A stretch of DNA of 64,000 bases from a virus. The position numbers and the translations under genes were made by a program. The stretch is taken from IMG/VR virus record IMGVR_UViG_3300044213_000051, positions 1-64,000 of that record. One strand, 5' to 3'. The notes under the pieces are model-generated. The model was given only the letters and a program-made list of their open reading frames with translations, was not told the origin of the DNA and searched no databases. Below, one piece after another: positions 49,377-58,251 of this stretch; positions within the stretch are counted from its first letter, which is position 1, and each line of letters starts with the position of its first letter.

Positions 49377-50507
49377 TTACACTATCGTTCCGCCATCTAC
49401 TTGCGCAGAAGTATTTATTTGATCTGTAATAGAACCAGCATCTACATAAGGGAATCCACTACTACCACCGCCACTAACAGTAGCCCACTGAACACCAGTT
49501 CCTGTTGATTGAAGAACTTGACCAATCGTACCAATCGTACCACCAGCAGTAACAGTTCCTATTAAAGTTAAATTATTTTCAGTAGCACTATTTATTGTTG
49601 GACTTGTTAATGTCTTATTAGTTAAAGTCTGAGAACCAGTAAGTGTTGCTACTGTAGAATCAATACTTACTGCAGTTCCACTAACAGAAATACCTGTTCC
49701 AGCTGTGGTTACTGTTACGTTTGCTGAACCATCAAAAGAAACTCCATTGATTGTTATAGCTGTCGCTAATTTAGTAGCAGTTCCAGCATTGCCTGTTACT
49801 GATGTTTGTGGACCAGTATATGCAGTAGTTTGTTGCGTAGAATCTGGAAACTGAATACCAGTAGTTAAAATCTTAACACTATACGGACTAGTCATAGTAC
49901 CGTCAGAACCGAAATTCCAGATGTTACCGTTTGCGTTAAGTAAGACGTTACCTGCCGCAACAAGAACACCGCCAGTAGTAGATCCCTGAGTAATAACTGG
50001 CAATTGTAACTGGCCAGTAGAAGTGAATGAAGCAGTAAAGCTACCATTCACTAAGGTATTGATAGAAGCAGATCCTCCTAAACTAACTGCAGCAGAGTTA
50101 ATAGTAATGCTACTATTAGTTAAAGCAGAGTTTGGAATATTAGTTAGCGTATTTGATGCGCCACTAATTGTTTTATTTGTTAGTGTTTGAGTACCAGTAA
50201 GCGTAGTTACTACTGTTGTATCAATTGCAACAGTACCAGAAGAAGTTATTGTTCCACCAGTAAGACCTGTACCTGCAGTTATTGAAGTTACTGTTCCAGT
50301 AGAACCACCACTGGTAGTTACGTTAGCCCATTGAAGACCAGTACCAGTAGACTGAAGAACTTGACCAGCGGTACCAGTAGAACCACCAGCAGTTAACGTT
50401 CCAGTTAATACTGCGCTGTTTAATGTTTTATTGGTTAGGGTCTGTGTTGCGCTTGATGTGACAACACTACTCGGAGCAACAATATTTGATAGTAAAGTAT
50501 TAGACAT
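49377..50507 (-). CDS. Tail fibre-like virion protein
   Basis: TQTLTNKT repeats, GQVLQSTGTG repeats, shared [18 protein letters not shown] module. Confidence 0.75.
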   Translation of the reverse strand: MSNTLLSNIVAPSSVVTSSATQTLTNKTLNSAVLTGTLTAGGSTGTAGQVLQSTGTGLQWANVTTSGGSTGTVTSITAGTGLTGGTITSSGTVAIDTTVVTTLTGTQTLTNKTISGASNTLTNIPNSALTNSSITINSAAVSLGGSASINTLVNGSFTASFTSTGQLQLPVITQGSTTGGVLVAAGNVLLNANGNIWNFGSDGTMTSPYSVKILTTGIQFPDSTQQTTAYTGPQTSVTGNAGTATKLATAITINGVSFDGSANVTVTTAGTGISVSGTAVSIDSTVATLTGSQTLTNKTLTSPTINSATENNLTLIGTVTAGGTIGTIGQVLQSTGTGVQWATVSGGGSSGFPYVDAGSITDQINTSAQVDGGTIV

Positions 50508-51781
50508 TATCTAACCACCTGTACGTGTAGAATTGGGGTATCTTCATTACCATTACCATATCGAGCAACAGTTAAAGAGAATCCAGTAGTTGATGGTGTA
50601 GTTCCGTTTGTAATATTAACTGCACAATCAGAATTTGATCCAGGAGTCTGAGCAGTGGCAGTAATAGCATAATTACCATCTGGCATTGCAGTTCCAAATG
50701 TAAAGGTATAGACACCAGCAGAAGAACGAGAAACAGAAAGGTTTCCGCTCGCTCTAGTAGTCATAGAACTGCCATTCCAACCACAGTTAATCCATGCACG
50801 AACACCGTAAACTGGCGCAACTGAACCATACCCACTATTCATTGATGTTACACCACCAAGATTAACCCCACCAGAGGTTTGAGTATTAAGATTAACTGTG
50901 CTACCATCAGTAGCATTCAACCATAGAGAACCAGCAGTGCTGTGTATATGGAAGTTTCCATCATCAAATAAGTTACCAGTAGATCCTACTGTAATACCAT
51001 TAGTTGATATGCCACCAGCTGCAATACTAAGTTTAGTTAATGTGCCAACAGAAGTTAAACTAGAAGAAACAACTGTAGAGTTTAGTGATGTTCCAGTAAG
51101 TGTTGTTGCTGCTGCCGCAATAGTAATCGCAGCAGAACCATCAAATGCCACACCATTAATATTTCGAGCAGTAGCCAACTTAGTAGCAGTTGCTGCGTTA
51201 CCGCTTGCAGTAATATATCCAGAATCGTTAGTGAACGCTGATAGTACAGTTGGAACTGTTGGTATAGTTGGTTTATTCGTTATATTAGACCAGTCAACAA
51301 CACCAGAACCATTACCACCACTCGCTCCAACCTGCGTATAAACTAACCAAGTAGTTCCATTAAAAGTTAATGTGACTGAAACACCTTGAATGTCTAGGTT
51401 TAGATCTTGCGCAATACCATCAATTGTTTGAGAATTTCTAGCAACAGTAAGTGGGGTTGTGCTAAAATTAGAACCATCAGCAATAACTACCCAATCTCCA
51501 GAATTTGGAGAAGCTGGTAGGGTAATGGTAAATGCGCCACCTGAGGTATTGGCGATGTATGATTGACGAGCAACTGCAGTTGTATTTGCAGTAACTGTAA
51601 TATATGAAAGAAGATTACCGTTAGTTGAAACGGAAATTAAAGAATCTGTCCCGTTTGGGGATTTTTTGAAGAATAAGTTGCCGTCGTATGTGTTTAGTGC
51701 CAACTCACCGAGCTGTAAAGACGCAGTAGTTGGTATTTTCCCTTGAACGCTAGAGCGTTTTAGTAAAACATTATTTGACAT
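50507..51781 (-). CDS. Tail fibre-like virion protein
   Basis: LKRSS...GELALNTYDG N-terminus, FTITLPASP module, C-terminal RAWIN...GVYTFTF..AMPDGNY domain. Confidence 0.78.
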   Translation of the reverse strand: MSNNVLLKRSSVQGKIPTTASLQLGELALNTYDGNLFFKKSPNGTDSLISVSTNGNLLSYITVTANTTAVARQSYIANTSGGAFTITLPASPNSGDWVVIADGSNFSTTPLTVARNSQTIDGIAQDLNLDIQGVSVTLTFNGTTWLVYTQVGASGGNGSGVVDWSNITNKPTIPTVPTVLSAFTNDSGYITASGNAATATKLATARNINGVAFDGSAAITIAAAATTLTGTSLNSTVVSSSLTSVGTLTKLSIAAGGISTNGITVGSTGNLFDDGNFHIHSTAGSLWLNATDGSTVNLNTQTSGGVNLGGVTSMNSGYGSVAPVYGVRAWINCGWNGSSMTTRASGNLSVSRSSAGVYTFTFGTAMPDGNYAITATAQTPGSNSDCAVNITNGTTPSTTGFSLTVARYGNGNEDTPILHVQVVR

Positions 51782-51859
51782 TATAACCTATTCTATGTAG
51801 AAATTGATACTCAGTATATACTGAGGGGTGGGAATTTCACCCACCCAATTATTTAGCTA

Positions 51860-54553
51860 TTAGTATGTGCCACCATCAATTGTAAAGCCATCAAGAGTAG
51901 AAGTGGAAGCACCAGATCCAGTAATGTTACCAGAAGCACTGATGTTACCAGTAAATGACGAAGTAGAAGTTACGCTTAATGTTCCACCAATACTTGCGTT
52001 ACCAGAAGTAGTAACAGTAGTACCACTGAAGCTAGAAGAAGTAATTGTTTTGTTACTTAAAGTTTCTGTTCCAGCTAATGTAGCAAGAGTACCGCTATTA
52101 GGTAATGTTACAGATGTAGAACCTGTAGCTGTTAACGAGATTCCATAAGCACCAATAGTAGTAAACGCACCAGCAGTGTTAATATTACCACCAAGAGTGA
52201 TAGTATTTGAGCCGTTGTTTACACCAGTACCACCATAAGTAGCACCAAGAACAGTACCTTGCCAAGTACCAGTAGTAATAGTACCTAGAGTATTGATAGA
52301 TGTTTGACCAACATATGTTGATTTAATTTGTAGTTGGTTAGCTACGATAGCAAGTGTTGTATTATCAACAACAGCACTTAACGTGTTACCAGATTTAGAT
52401 AAACCAGCACCAGCAGTAATCTCACCAGCACCAGAGAATTGAATCCAGTTTTGAGCATTAGTATCAACAGTAATTGTTGCTACATCGGCAGAGAACTCAG
52501 CTAGAACATAACCAGAGTTAGCGTTCTGTGTACCTTCTGTGGTAAACACGAACATACCTGGAGTAACTGTACCAGTAGTAGTTGCACCGTCAGCATCAGT
52601 AGCACGAGTCAATACCCAGTTAGTAGAAACAGAACCAATACTAGTAACAACGTAAATACCATTATCTTTAGTAGTTGTCTGATCTTTAACAAGAACACGG
52701 TCACCAACAACAGCTGGAACAGAGTCAATGGTCAACGCAGCTTGAGTGCCAGAGTTAGTAAGTGTTTTACCTGCACCAGAACCAGAAGCAGTTGCAGTTA
52801 AGTTTGAACCAGTAGTCGCTAAACGAACTGGGTATTTAATATCTAAACCTGATTTTAGACCATCAACATATGCTTTGTTAGCAGCGTCAGTAGCTTGAGT
52901 TGGAGTTCCAACAGAAGTAATTCTGGCACCAGCAACGTCAACAGTACCAGTACCAGTCGGTACTAAGTTTACGTTATTATTGCCAGAAGCAGCAGTAATT
53001 GATAGGCTACCAGAAGCACCAGTTAAACTTGTTACAGTTGCAGCACCAAGAGTTGGTGTAGTGAAAACTGGGCTAGTTGTTAAAGCAACGGTATTTCCAG
53101 AACCAGAGGTGCCAGTAATTGAAGTTCCATTAACTTTTAATACGTTGCCAGTTGCAGCAGTATCAAATGTCTTGTTAGTGAACGTATCAGTTGTTGCTTT
53201 ACCAACCAAAGTATCAGTTGTTGCTGGTAGAGTTAATGTACCAGAAGCTGTTGCTGATGCTTGTAGGGTTGTTTGACCAGTTGTAGAACCACCATAGTTA
53301 ATACCACCAGTAATAGATGGTGTTGCAGACAACATAACAACAGCACCAGAACCAGTGTAACTATTAATTTGGTTGCCATTGATTTTTAATACGTTACCAG
53401 TTGCGGCAGTATCAATTGTCTTGTTAGTTAGGGTATCGGTAGTTGCTTTACCGATTAAAGTATCAGTAGCAGCTGGTAGAGTTAAAGTGTTTGTTCCTGC
53501 AGTGGCAGAAGCAACAACAGTAATCTGACCAGAAGTAGATCCCTTAAAGATTGCGCTGGTACCAAGAGTTACAGCACCAGTTAATGTCGAAGTACTAGAA
53601 ACAGATAAAGTACTTGATAAAGTAGTTGCGCCAGTTACACCTAGTGTACCTGCGATTGTTGTATTACCAGAAGCAGTATCTACTTGGAATGTAGTAGAAG
53701 TACCGTTATTGATTGTTAAATATTCAGTTCCAGGTGTTGCAGAACCAGATAATGTTAAACCATTCTGGAATGTTACACCACCAATAGAAGTTTCAGTTCC
53801 AGTAAGAACTAAGTTGCCGCCAACATACAAGTTACCAGCAACACCAACGCCACCAGAAACAACCAATGCGCCAGTAGAAGTTGATGTAGAAGCAGTAGTA
53901 TTAAGAACTGCTAGTTTAGTATTATCCCAAGTACCAACTTGAGTAGAAGTGCCAGAAGAACCTGAATAGAAGTGAAGAACATCATCACCAGCACCTGGAG
54001 AAGTTTCTGCGATGATATATGTTTTACCATCAACAGAACGAACACCACCTAGTGATGTCCAGTTAGTGCCATTATAACCTTCGAACTGTACGTTAGTAGT
54101 ATTGAAACGAACAGCTGCAGTTACTGCTGGACCTTGCTGAGCAGTAGTACCAGAAGGAATAACTAATCCGTTTGTTCCAGAGACAGAAACGTAACCAGTA
54201 CCATTAGGTGTTAAAACGATGTTACCGTTAGTATTCTGTGCTTGAATAGTGTTACCTGATAGGTATAAGTTACCTACGTACCACTTATCGATTGTACCAG
54301 TTGCGGAAAGAACTGGAATAGATGATTGGTTTGTTGTTAATGTACCAGCAACTGATGCGTCAACTAAACCTGTGTAGTATTGACCACCAATGATAATGTG
54401 GTTTGCAGCGTTACCGCTGGTTTCTGTGCCCATACCGATGTATAAGCGATTACCACCTGTACCTGCAAACGCTGAATATGCTAATTCACCTGCGGCAAGG
54501 GTACTTGGATTCCCTGCGGTAGACGAACGTTTAATTCTGATTGTTGATGCCAT
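51860..54553 (-). CDS. Virion structural/fibre protein
   Basis: IRIKRS...GELAYS, DAANKAYVD, RVLVKDQT..KDNGIY, LTRATDAD, IDGGTY. Confidence 0.8.
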   Translation of the reverse strand: MASTIRIKRSSTAGNPSTLAAGELAYSAFAGTGGNRLYIGMGTETSGNAANHIIIGGQYYTGLVDASVAGTLTTNQSSIPVLSATGTIDKWYVGNLYLSGNTIQAQNTNGNIVLTPNGTGYVSVSGTNGLVIPSGTTAQQGPAVTAAVRFNTTNVQFEGYNGTNWTSLGGVRSVDGKTYIIAETSPGAGDDVLHFYSGSSGTSTQVGTWDNTKLAVLNTTASTSTSTGALVVSGGVGVAGNLYVGGNLVLTGTETSIGGVTFQNGLTLSGSATPGTEYLTINNGTSTTFQVDTASGNTTIAGTLGVTGATTLSSTLSVSSTSTLTGAVTLGTSAIFKGSTSGQITVVASATAGTNTLTLPAATDTLIGKATTDTLTNKTIDTAATGNVLKINGNQINSYTGSGAVVMLSATPSITGGINYGGSTTGQTTLQASATASGTLTLPATTDTLVGKATTDTFTNKTFDTAATGNVLKVNGTSITGTSGSGNTVALTTSPVFTTPTLGAATVTSLTGASGSLSITAASGNNNVNLVPTGTGTVDVAGARITSVGTPTQATDAANKAYVDGLKSGLDIKYPVRLATTGSNLTATASGSGAGKTLTNSGTQAALTIDSVPAVVGDRVLVKDQTTTKDNGIYVVTSIGSVSTNWVLTRATDADGATTTGTVTPGMFVFTTEGTQNANSGYVLAEFSADVATITVDTNAQNWIQFSGAGEITAGAGLSKSGNTLSAVVDNTTLAIVANQLQIKSTYVGQTSINTLGTITTGTWQGTVLGATYGGTGVNNGSNTITLGGNINTAGAFTTIGAYGISLTATGSTSVTLPNSGTLATLAGTETLSNKTITSSSFSGTTVTTSGNASIGGTLSVTSTSSFTGNISASGNITGSGASTSTLDGFTIDGGTY

Positions 54554-54567
54554 CTTTTATTCTCCGA

Positions 54568-54795
54568 TTAAAATTCTCCACCTTCCATGTCCTGCGCATC
54601 TAACGTAGTAGTCGCAGTCCATAAGGCGGTGTTATTCTTATAAACTAATACTGCTCCATCTGTTAACCCAGTCAAGTTAACATCAGCCATTGCTTCTATA
54701 GAATTTGGAGGTACTGATGTAGGTGATGCAGTTACGGCAGTTCCACTAGTGGAAACACCATAAGGATTTGAAACGACTGCTATAATGTCTGCCAT
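54568..54795 (-). CDS. Small virion protein
   Basis: MADVNL...GAVLVY...W, ends EGGEF like the neighbouring fibres. Confidence 0.65.
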   Translation of the reverse strand: MADIIAVVSNPYGVSTSGTAVTASPTSVPPNSIEAMADVNLTGLTDGAVLVYKNNTALWTATTTLDAQDMEGGEF

Positions 54796-54796
54796 A

Positions 54797-55129
54797 TTAT
54801 TGGGTAATCTCTGGGCTTATTGTTACTATACCTTCAACAACTCTTGTACTTTCGCCAGTAGGGTTTGTCACTCTAATGTCATACAAATATCTGCCTGGAG
54901 GTATAACTCTTGATTGCGCAGAATCTAATTCGATCTGCACTCTACCGTTGATTGGATTACTGATAACAGCAGTGAAATCGTAAGAAGTCGATGACTGGTA
55001 CGATTTTCTCATTTGAGAAGCTACAGTGAAACCTGTCAAGTCCAATGGAACACCATTAGTACCCGACACAGTCACATATGTCCTAAAAAAAGCACCTTGA
55101 TCTACATAAAGGTTGGAAATTGTAGCCAC
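54797..55129 (-). CDS. Conserved virion protein (BppU-N-like Ig fold)
   Basis: NLYVDQGA, DLTGFTVASQMRKSY, GRYLYDI, RVVEGIVTISP. Confidence 0.75.
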   Translation of the reverse strand: MATISNLYVDQGAFFRTYVTVSGTNGVPLDLTGFTVASQMRKSYQSSTSYDFTAVISNPINGRVQIELDSAQSRVIPPGRYLYDIRVTNPTGESTRVVEGIVTISPEITQ

Positions 55130-55155
55130 TTGTTTAATCTCCCGATATACATTCT

Positions 55156-55183
55156 TATTTATCTTATTTTGGAACGCTAAATA
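55156..55183. promoter_or_regulatory. Back-to-back divergent late promoters
   Basis: GATAAATA on minus (55156-55163) and CTAAATA on plus (55177-55183). Confidence 0.6.
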
Positions 55184-55227
55184 CTATTGAGCTGCGAGGC
55201 GATTTTTAACTATTATGGAGTTATTAT

Positions 55228-55869
55228 ATGGACAATATTCAAGCACCCCAAAATGGAACAGGTTCAGCGACTGAAGTTCCATCAGATAAACAGTTAGTTA
55301 CAAAAACTTTCGAAAAACTGTTATTCCCAACCGATATTAAAAGTTTCCAAATTTCGGATTTTGAGGATTTTCAACAGAAACTTTTGACATTTATTCAAAG
55401 TGAAGAATGTCAACCAAAAGATTCTTTAGAGCCGATCGACCCGATTTTTAAAGAAGATGACAGTATCTTCAAACTTCGCGAAATTGTATACTCTATTTGT
55501 GAACAATTACCAGAGTTTAATATACCAGAGCTTCAATACACACCAACTATTATTGGCTCACAGATATTTTATCAACAACAATACGAACACATTCCACCGC
55601 ATGCGTATGAATTTGTTCCGTTGGTATTTTCGTTCATTTTGTCATGCCCAGAATCACCCCCAGTAACTTATTATCCAGATACTCGTGGAGCAGTTCAAAC
55701 AGTTAGAGATACAGTATCTCAAAACTTAGTTGCTACTAGTTTCTCTCTGCGTGGATGGCAAGGTGAAGTTATTGTCACACCTGGATATCTACAACGTTAT
55801 GTGGAAACAAACTTGTCTGAAAGAACTTACGTTGTTCTTAATGTCAAAATTGGTTTTGCTTCCTATTAA
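55228..55869 (+). CDS. Degenerate 2OG-Fe(II)/cupin-fold protein (TIGR02466-like)
   Basis: GGAG RBS; PPHAY...YPDTRGA...GEVIVTPGYLQRYVETNLS follows the family pattern HxH...DPR...G.L.IFPSWL.H.V..N.S..R with ligands lost. Confidence 0.6.
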   Translation: MDNIQAPQNGTGSATEVPSDKQLVTKTFEKLLFPTDIKSFQISDFEDFQQKLLTFIQSEECQPKDSLEPIDPIFKEDDSIFKLREIVYSICEQLPEFNIPELQYTPTIIGSQIFYQQQYEHIPPHAYEFVPLVFSFILSCPESPPVTYYPDTRGAVQTVRDTVSQNLVATSFSLRGWQGEVIVTPGYLQRYVETNLSERTYVVLNVKIGFASY

Positions 55870-56917
55870 ATTTAGCAGTTCGAGGAATGTAGCGTAAGCT
55901 ATAATCTTCATATAAAAATAACCAAGTCGGTATGGGGTTTCCTAAATTGGAAACCCCTTTTGGTTTGTTCCAAGCATAGTAAGAATCTCCACTATACTCC
56001 TCAATCAATTGACGCATAACCCATCTGTGAGTTAGTGCGTTTCCAACTTCTTTCGTAAATGGTTCTTTGGTTGTAATAACATAACGCTGAAAATCGTCAG
56101 TATTAAAAAAGTGATATATGTTATCTTGACGTTTCGTACTAACCATTGACGCAAACTGAGAAGTATACCAATCATAGTTAAAAATACACCACCATCTTAA
56201 ATCACGCAAAGTTTCAATTTTTTTAGGACTTGCCTTTATTGACGGAAGAATAAACTCGTGTAGCTCTGGGTTTATACATTTGGTGTAATCCATCAGTGGA
56301 TCTGGACCTTTGAACTGATGATGGAAAAATGATATATCAGTTTTCACAGTTCCAGTTGTAAAGTCGTCTGTCGGACCAAACAGTTGGTTACCAAAAAACC
56401 CTGTTACAAAAATCTCATCTTCAGGACAGTCATCAAACTCTCTTCTGGAAGTAACCTTAATTTTATGGTTTACGCCAGATGGTAAGATAACTTTATCAAA
56501 CATCGAGCCAGATTCTAATACAGAACTGTAAGTTCCATAAACAGTAATTCTTGATGGATCTTTCGCGTAGTGAATCAGCGCAAACAGAACCAATGTGCTG
56601 TCAATACCACCACTCCAAACAACGTTAATTTTCTTACCTGTTGCAAGAAGCTCTTCGCAACGTTCTTTAACTATCTGCTCGAACGACTTGTTAAAACCTT
56701 CTGGAATTTCTGGTATCTGTAGCAACCCACCCTTCATATTAAGGTAATGTGGAGTATTACCAGTTCTATCAAACACAACATTCAAATTCATGTTATGTTT
56801 CTCATAGAAGTTAAACAACTCTATAGCATTATCCGATAGATCGTCAGCAATCGTATCTGGATATTGAGCCATTACTTGTTTAACGTACCCTGTATTATAA
56901 AATAAAATTTGTTTCAT
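55844..56917 (-). CDS. Asparagine-synthetase-like (PP-loop adenine nucleotide alpha-hydrolase) protein without glutaminase domain
   Basis: VVWSGGIDST PP-loop; FVTGFFGNQLFG (cf. AsnB SGEGGDELFG). Confidence 0.75.
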   Translation of the reverse strand: MKQILFYNTGYVKQVMAQYPDTIADDLSDNAIELFNFYEKHNMNLNVVFDRTGNTPHYLNMKGGLLQIPEIPEGFNKSFEQIVKERCEELLATGKKINVVWSGGIDSTLVLFALIHYAKDPSRITVYGTYSSVLESGSMFDKVILPSGVNHKIKVTSRREFDDCPEDEIFVTGFFGNQLFGPTDDFTTGTVKTDISFFHHQFKGPDPLMDYTKCINPELHEFILPSIKASPKKIETLRDLRWWCIFNYDWYTSQFASMVSTKRQDNIYHFFNTDDFQRYVITTKEPFTKEVGNALTHRWVMRQLIEEYSGDSYYAWNKPKGVSNLGNPIPTWLFLYEDYSLRYIPRTAKFNRKQNQF

Positions 56918-56929
56918 TATATCCTCAAA

Positions 56930-56956
56930 ATAAAAATGGGGAGCTTAGGCTCCCCA
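56930..56956 (-). terminator. Intrinsic terminator hairpin
   Basis: TGGGGAGC-ctaa-GCTCCCCA followed by TTTTT on the minus strand; GATAAATA box at 56958-56965. Confidence 0.7.
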
Positions 56957-56975
56957 ATATTTATCACGCTACAGA

Positions 56976-57923
56976 TTAATGTAATTGAATCTTGCTTACA
57001 AGACCTGGAGTGAAGTAGTCAGCAAACTTCTCGTAAACTGCAGAAGTAACTTCTTTGAATTTCTTCTGTTCAGTTTCATCCATGCGAACAACCATAACAC
57101 CCTTTTCTTCACATTCAGCTAGAATGTTTGGAATGTCAGCAACTGATTCACGACGCTCTGCACGAGCAGCGTTGAAAGCAGCAGTAGCCATAATTTCTTG
57201 AGTTTCTTCATCGAACTGAGCCATGAAGTCTTTGTTAACAATAATAGAAGTCAAGAACAAGCTGTGGGCAGTGTCATTAACAACCTTGAAAGACTTATAT
57301 TGGTCAAGTGGGAAAATACGAACGTAAGTAGATTCGCCAGCAGCAATTTCGCCACGATCAGCAAATTCGTTCATTTCTTCTAGAGCGATGTGCTCTTTTG
57401 GTTCTGCTCCAAGCAACTTAAATGTTTCAACAGCAACAGGGCTACGGCTAGTACGAACAGCTTGACCTTTCCAAGCATCTACAGTGTCAGCCTTAAAGTT
57501 AGCTGGAACAACACGATAGCCACCAGAGTAAGTGAAAGACATAGCGTGGATATTACTATTCTTAGAAACACCAGCTAACAACTCAGCACCAACTTCACCT
57601 TCCAAAACAGCGTCAGCATGGGCGTGGTCACGGAATAGGAATGGTAGGTCTAAAGCGTGTAGATCTTTGTTGTAATCAGCCAACCAAGTAGTGTAGATGT
57701 GGCTCATTTCGATAGTGCCATCATCGATCATCTGCATTAGGTCGTTCTTGCTGATTTTCTTGCCATCGTTATACTTAGCTGCATAGTCTGATAAAGAAAG
57801 AACTTCAATGTTAAACATACCATTGGTTTTTTCGTTAACTTCTTTAGCAAAGTGCTCAGCAACTTTCAAAAACAAGCCAATAGGCTCGTGGGCGATAACC
57901 CATTTTACATGTTTTTGTTCCAT
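56976..57923 (-). CDS. TRAP transporter substrate-binding protein (DctP-like)
   Basis: FAKEVNEKTNG.FNIEV, LDLPFLFRDHAHADAVLEGEVG.ELL, GGYR, VR, FKLLGAEP, TAH. Confidence 0.88.
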   Translation of the reverse strand: MEQKHVKWVIAHEPIGLFLKVAEHFAKEVNEKTNGMFNIEVLSLSDYAAKYNDGKKISKNDLMQMIDDGTIEMSHIYTTWLADYNKDLHALDLPFLFRDHAHADAVLEGEVGAELLAGVSKNSNIHAMSFTYSGGYRVVPANFKADTVDAWKGQAVRTSRSPVAVETFKLLGAEPKEHIALEEMNEFADRGEIAAGESTYVRIFPLDQYKSFKVVNDTAHSLFLTSIIVNKDFMAQFDEETQEIMATAAFNAARAERRESVADIPNILAECEEKGVMVVRMDETEQKKFKEVTSAVYEKFADYFTPGLVSKIQLH

Positions 57924-58250
57924 TTAAATCTCCTTTTTGTTTCTATGTAGTAGGTACCCAAGTTTAGTTAGGTCCAATATCCAGCTTTCTTCACTACTAT
58001 TTATCTTATGGTAGATTACTGGAATGTTATTTTCGACAATTATTCTTATATATTTATGAACAACTGCTTTTTGCTCCTCACTTCCAACCAACTTAAATTC
58101 TGGGATCTGGATAGATACATTGTTGTTTTGAAACGACTCTGTAGTTTCTGAATTATGATAGAAAATCCTAGAGATAGTATGTCTATCATAATTCGATCCA
58201 TATCTTGGAAATTTATTAACTTCCCAAATATAACAATCTAAAAAAGCCAT
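57924..58250 (-). CDS. Hypothetical protein
   Basis: 108-aa ORF coupled between the radical SAM and TRAP genes. Confidence 0.55.
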   Translation of the reverse strand: MAFLDCYIWEVNKFPRYGSNYDRHTISRIFYHNSETTESFQNNNVSIQIPEFKLVGSEEQKAVVHKYIRIIVENNIPVIYHKINSSEESWILDLTKLGYLLHRNKKEI

Positions 58251-58251
58251 A

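Noticed and set aside
46545-54608. Many plus-strand ORFs rich in Val/Pro/Ala (e.g. 46545-46922, 46935-47411, 48408-48827)
   Set aside because: Antisense shadows of Thr/Gly-rich fibre codons; no RBS and fully nested in real genes
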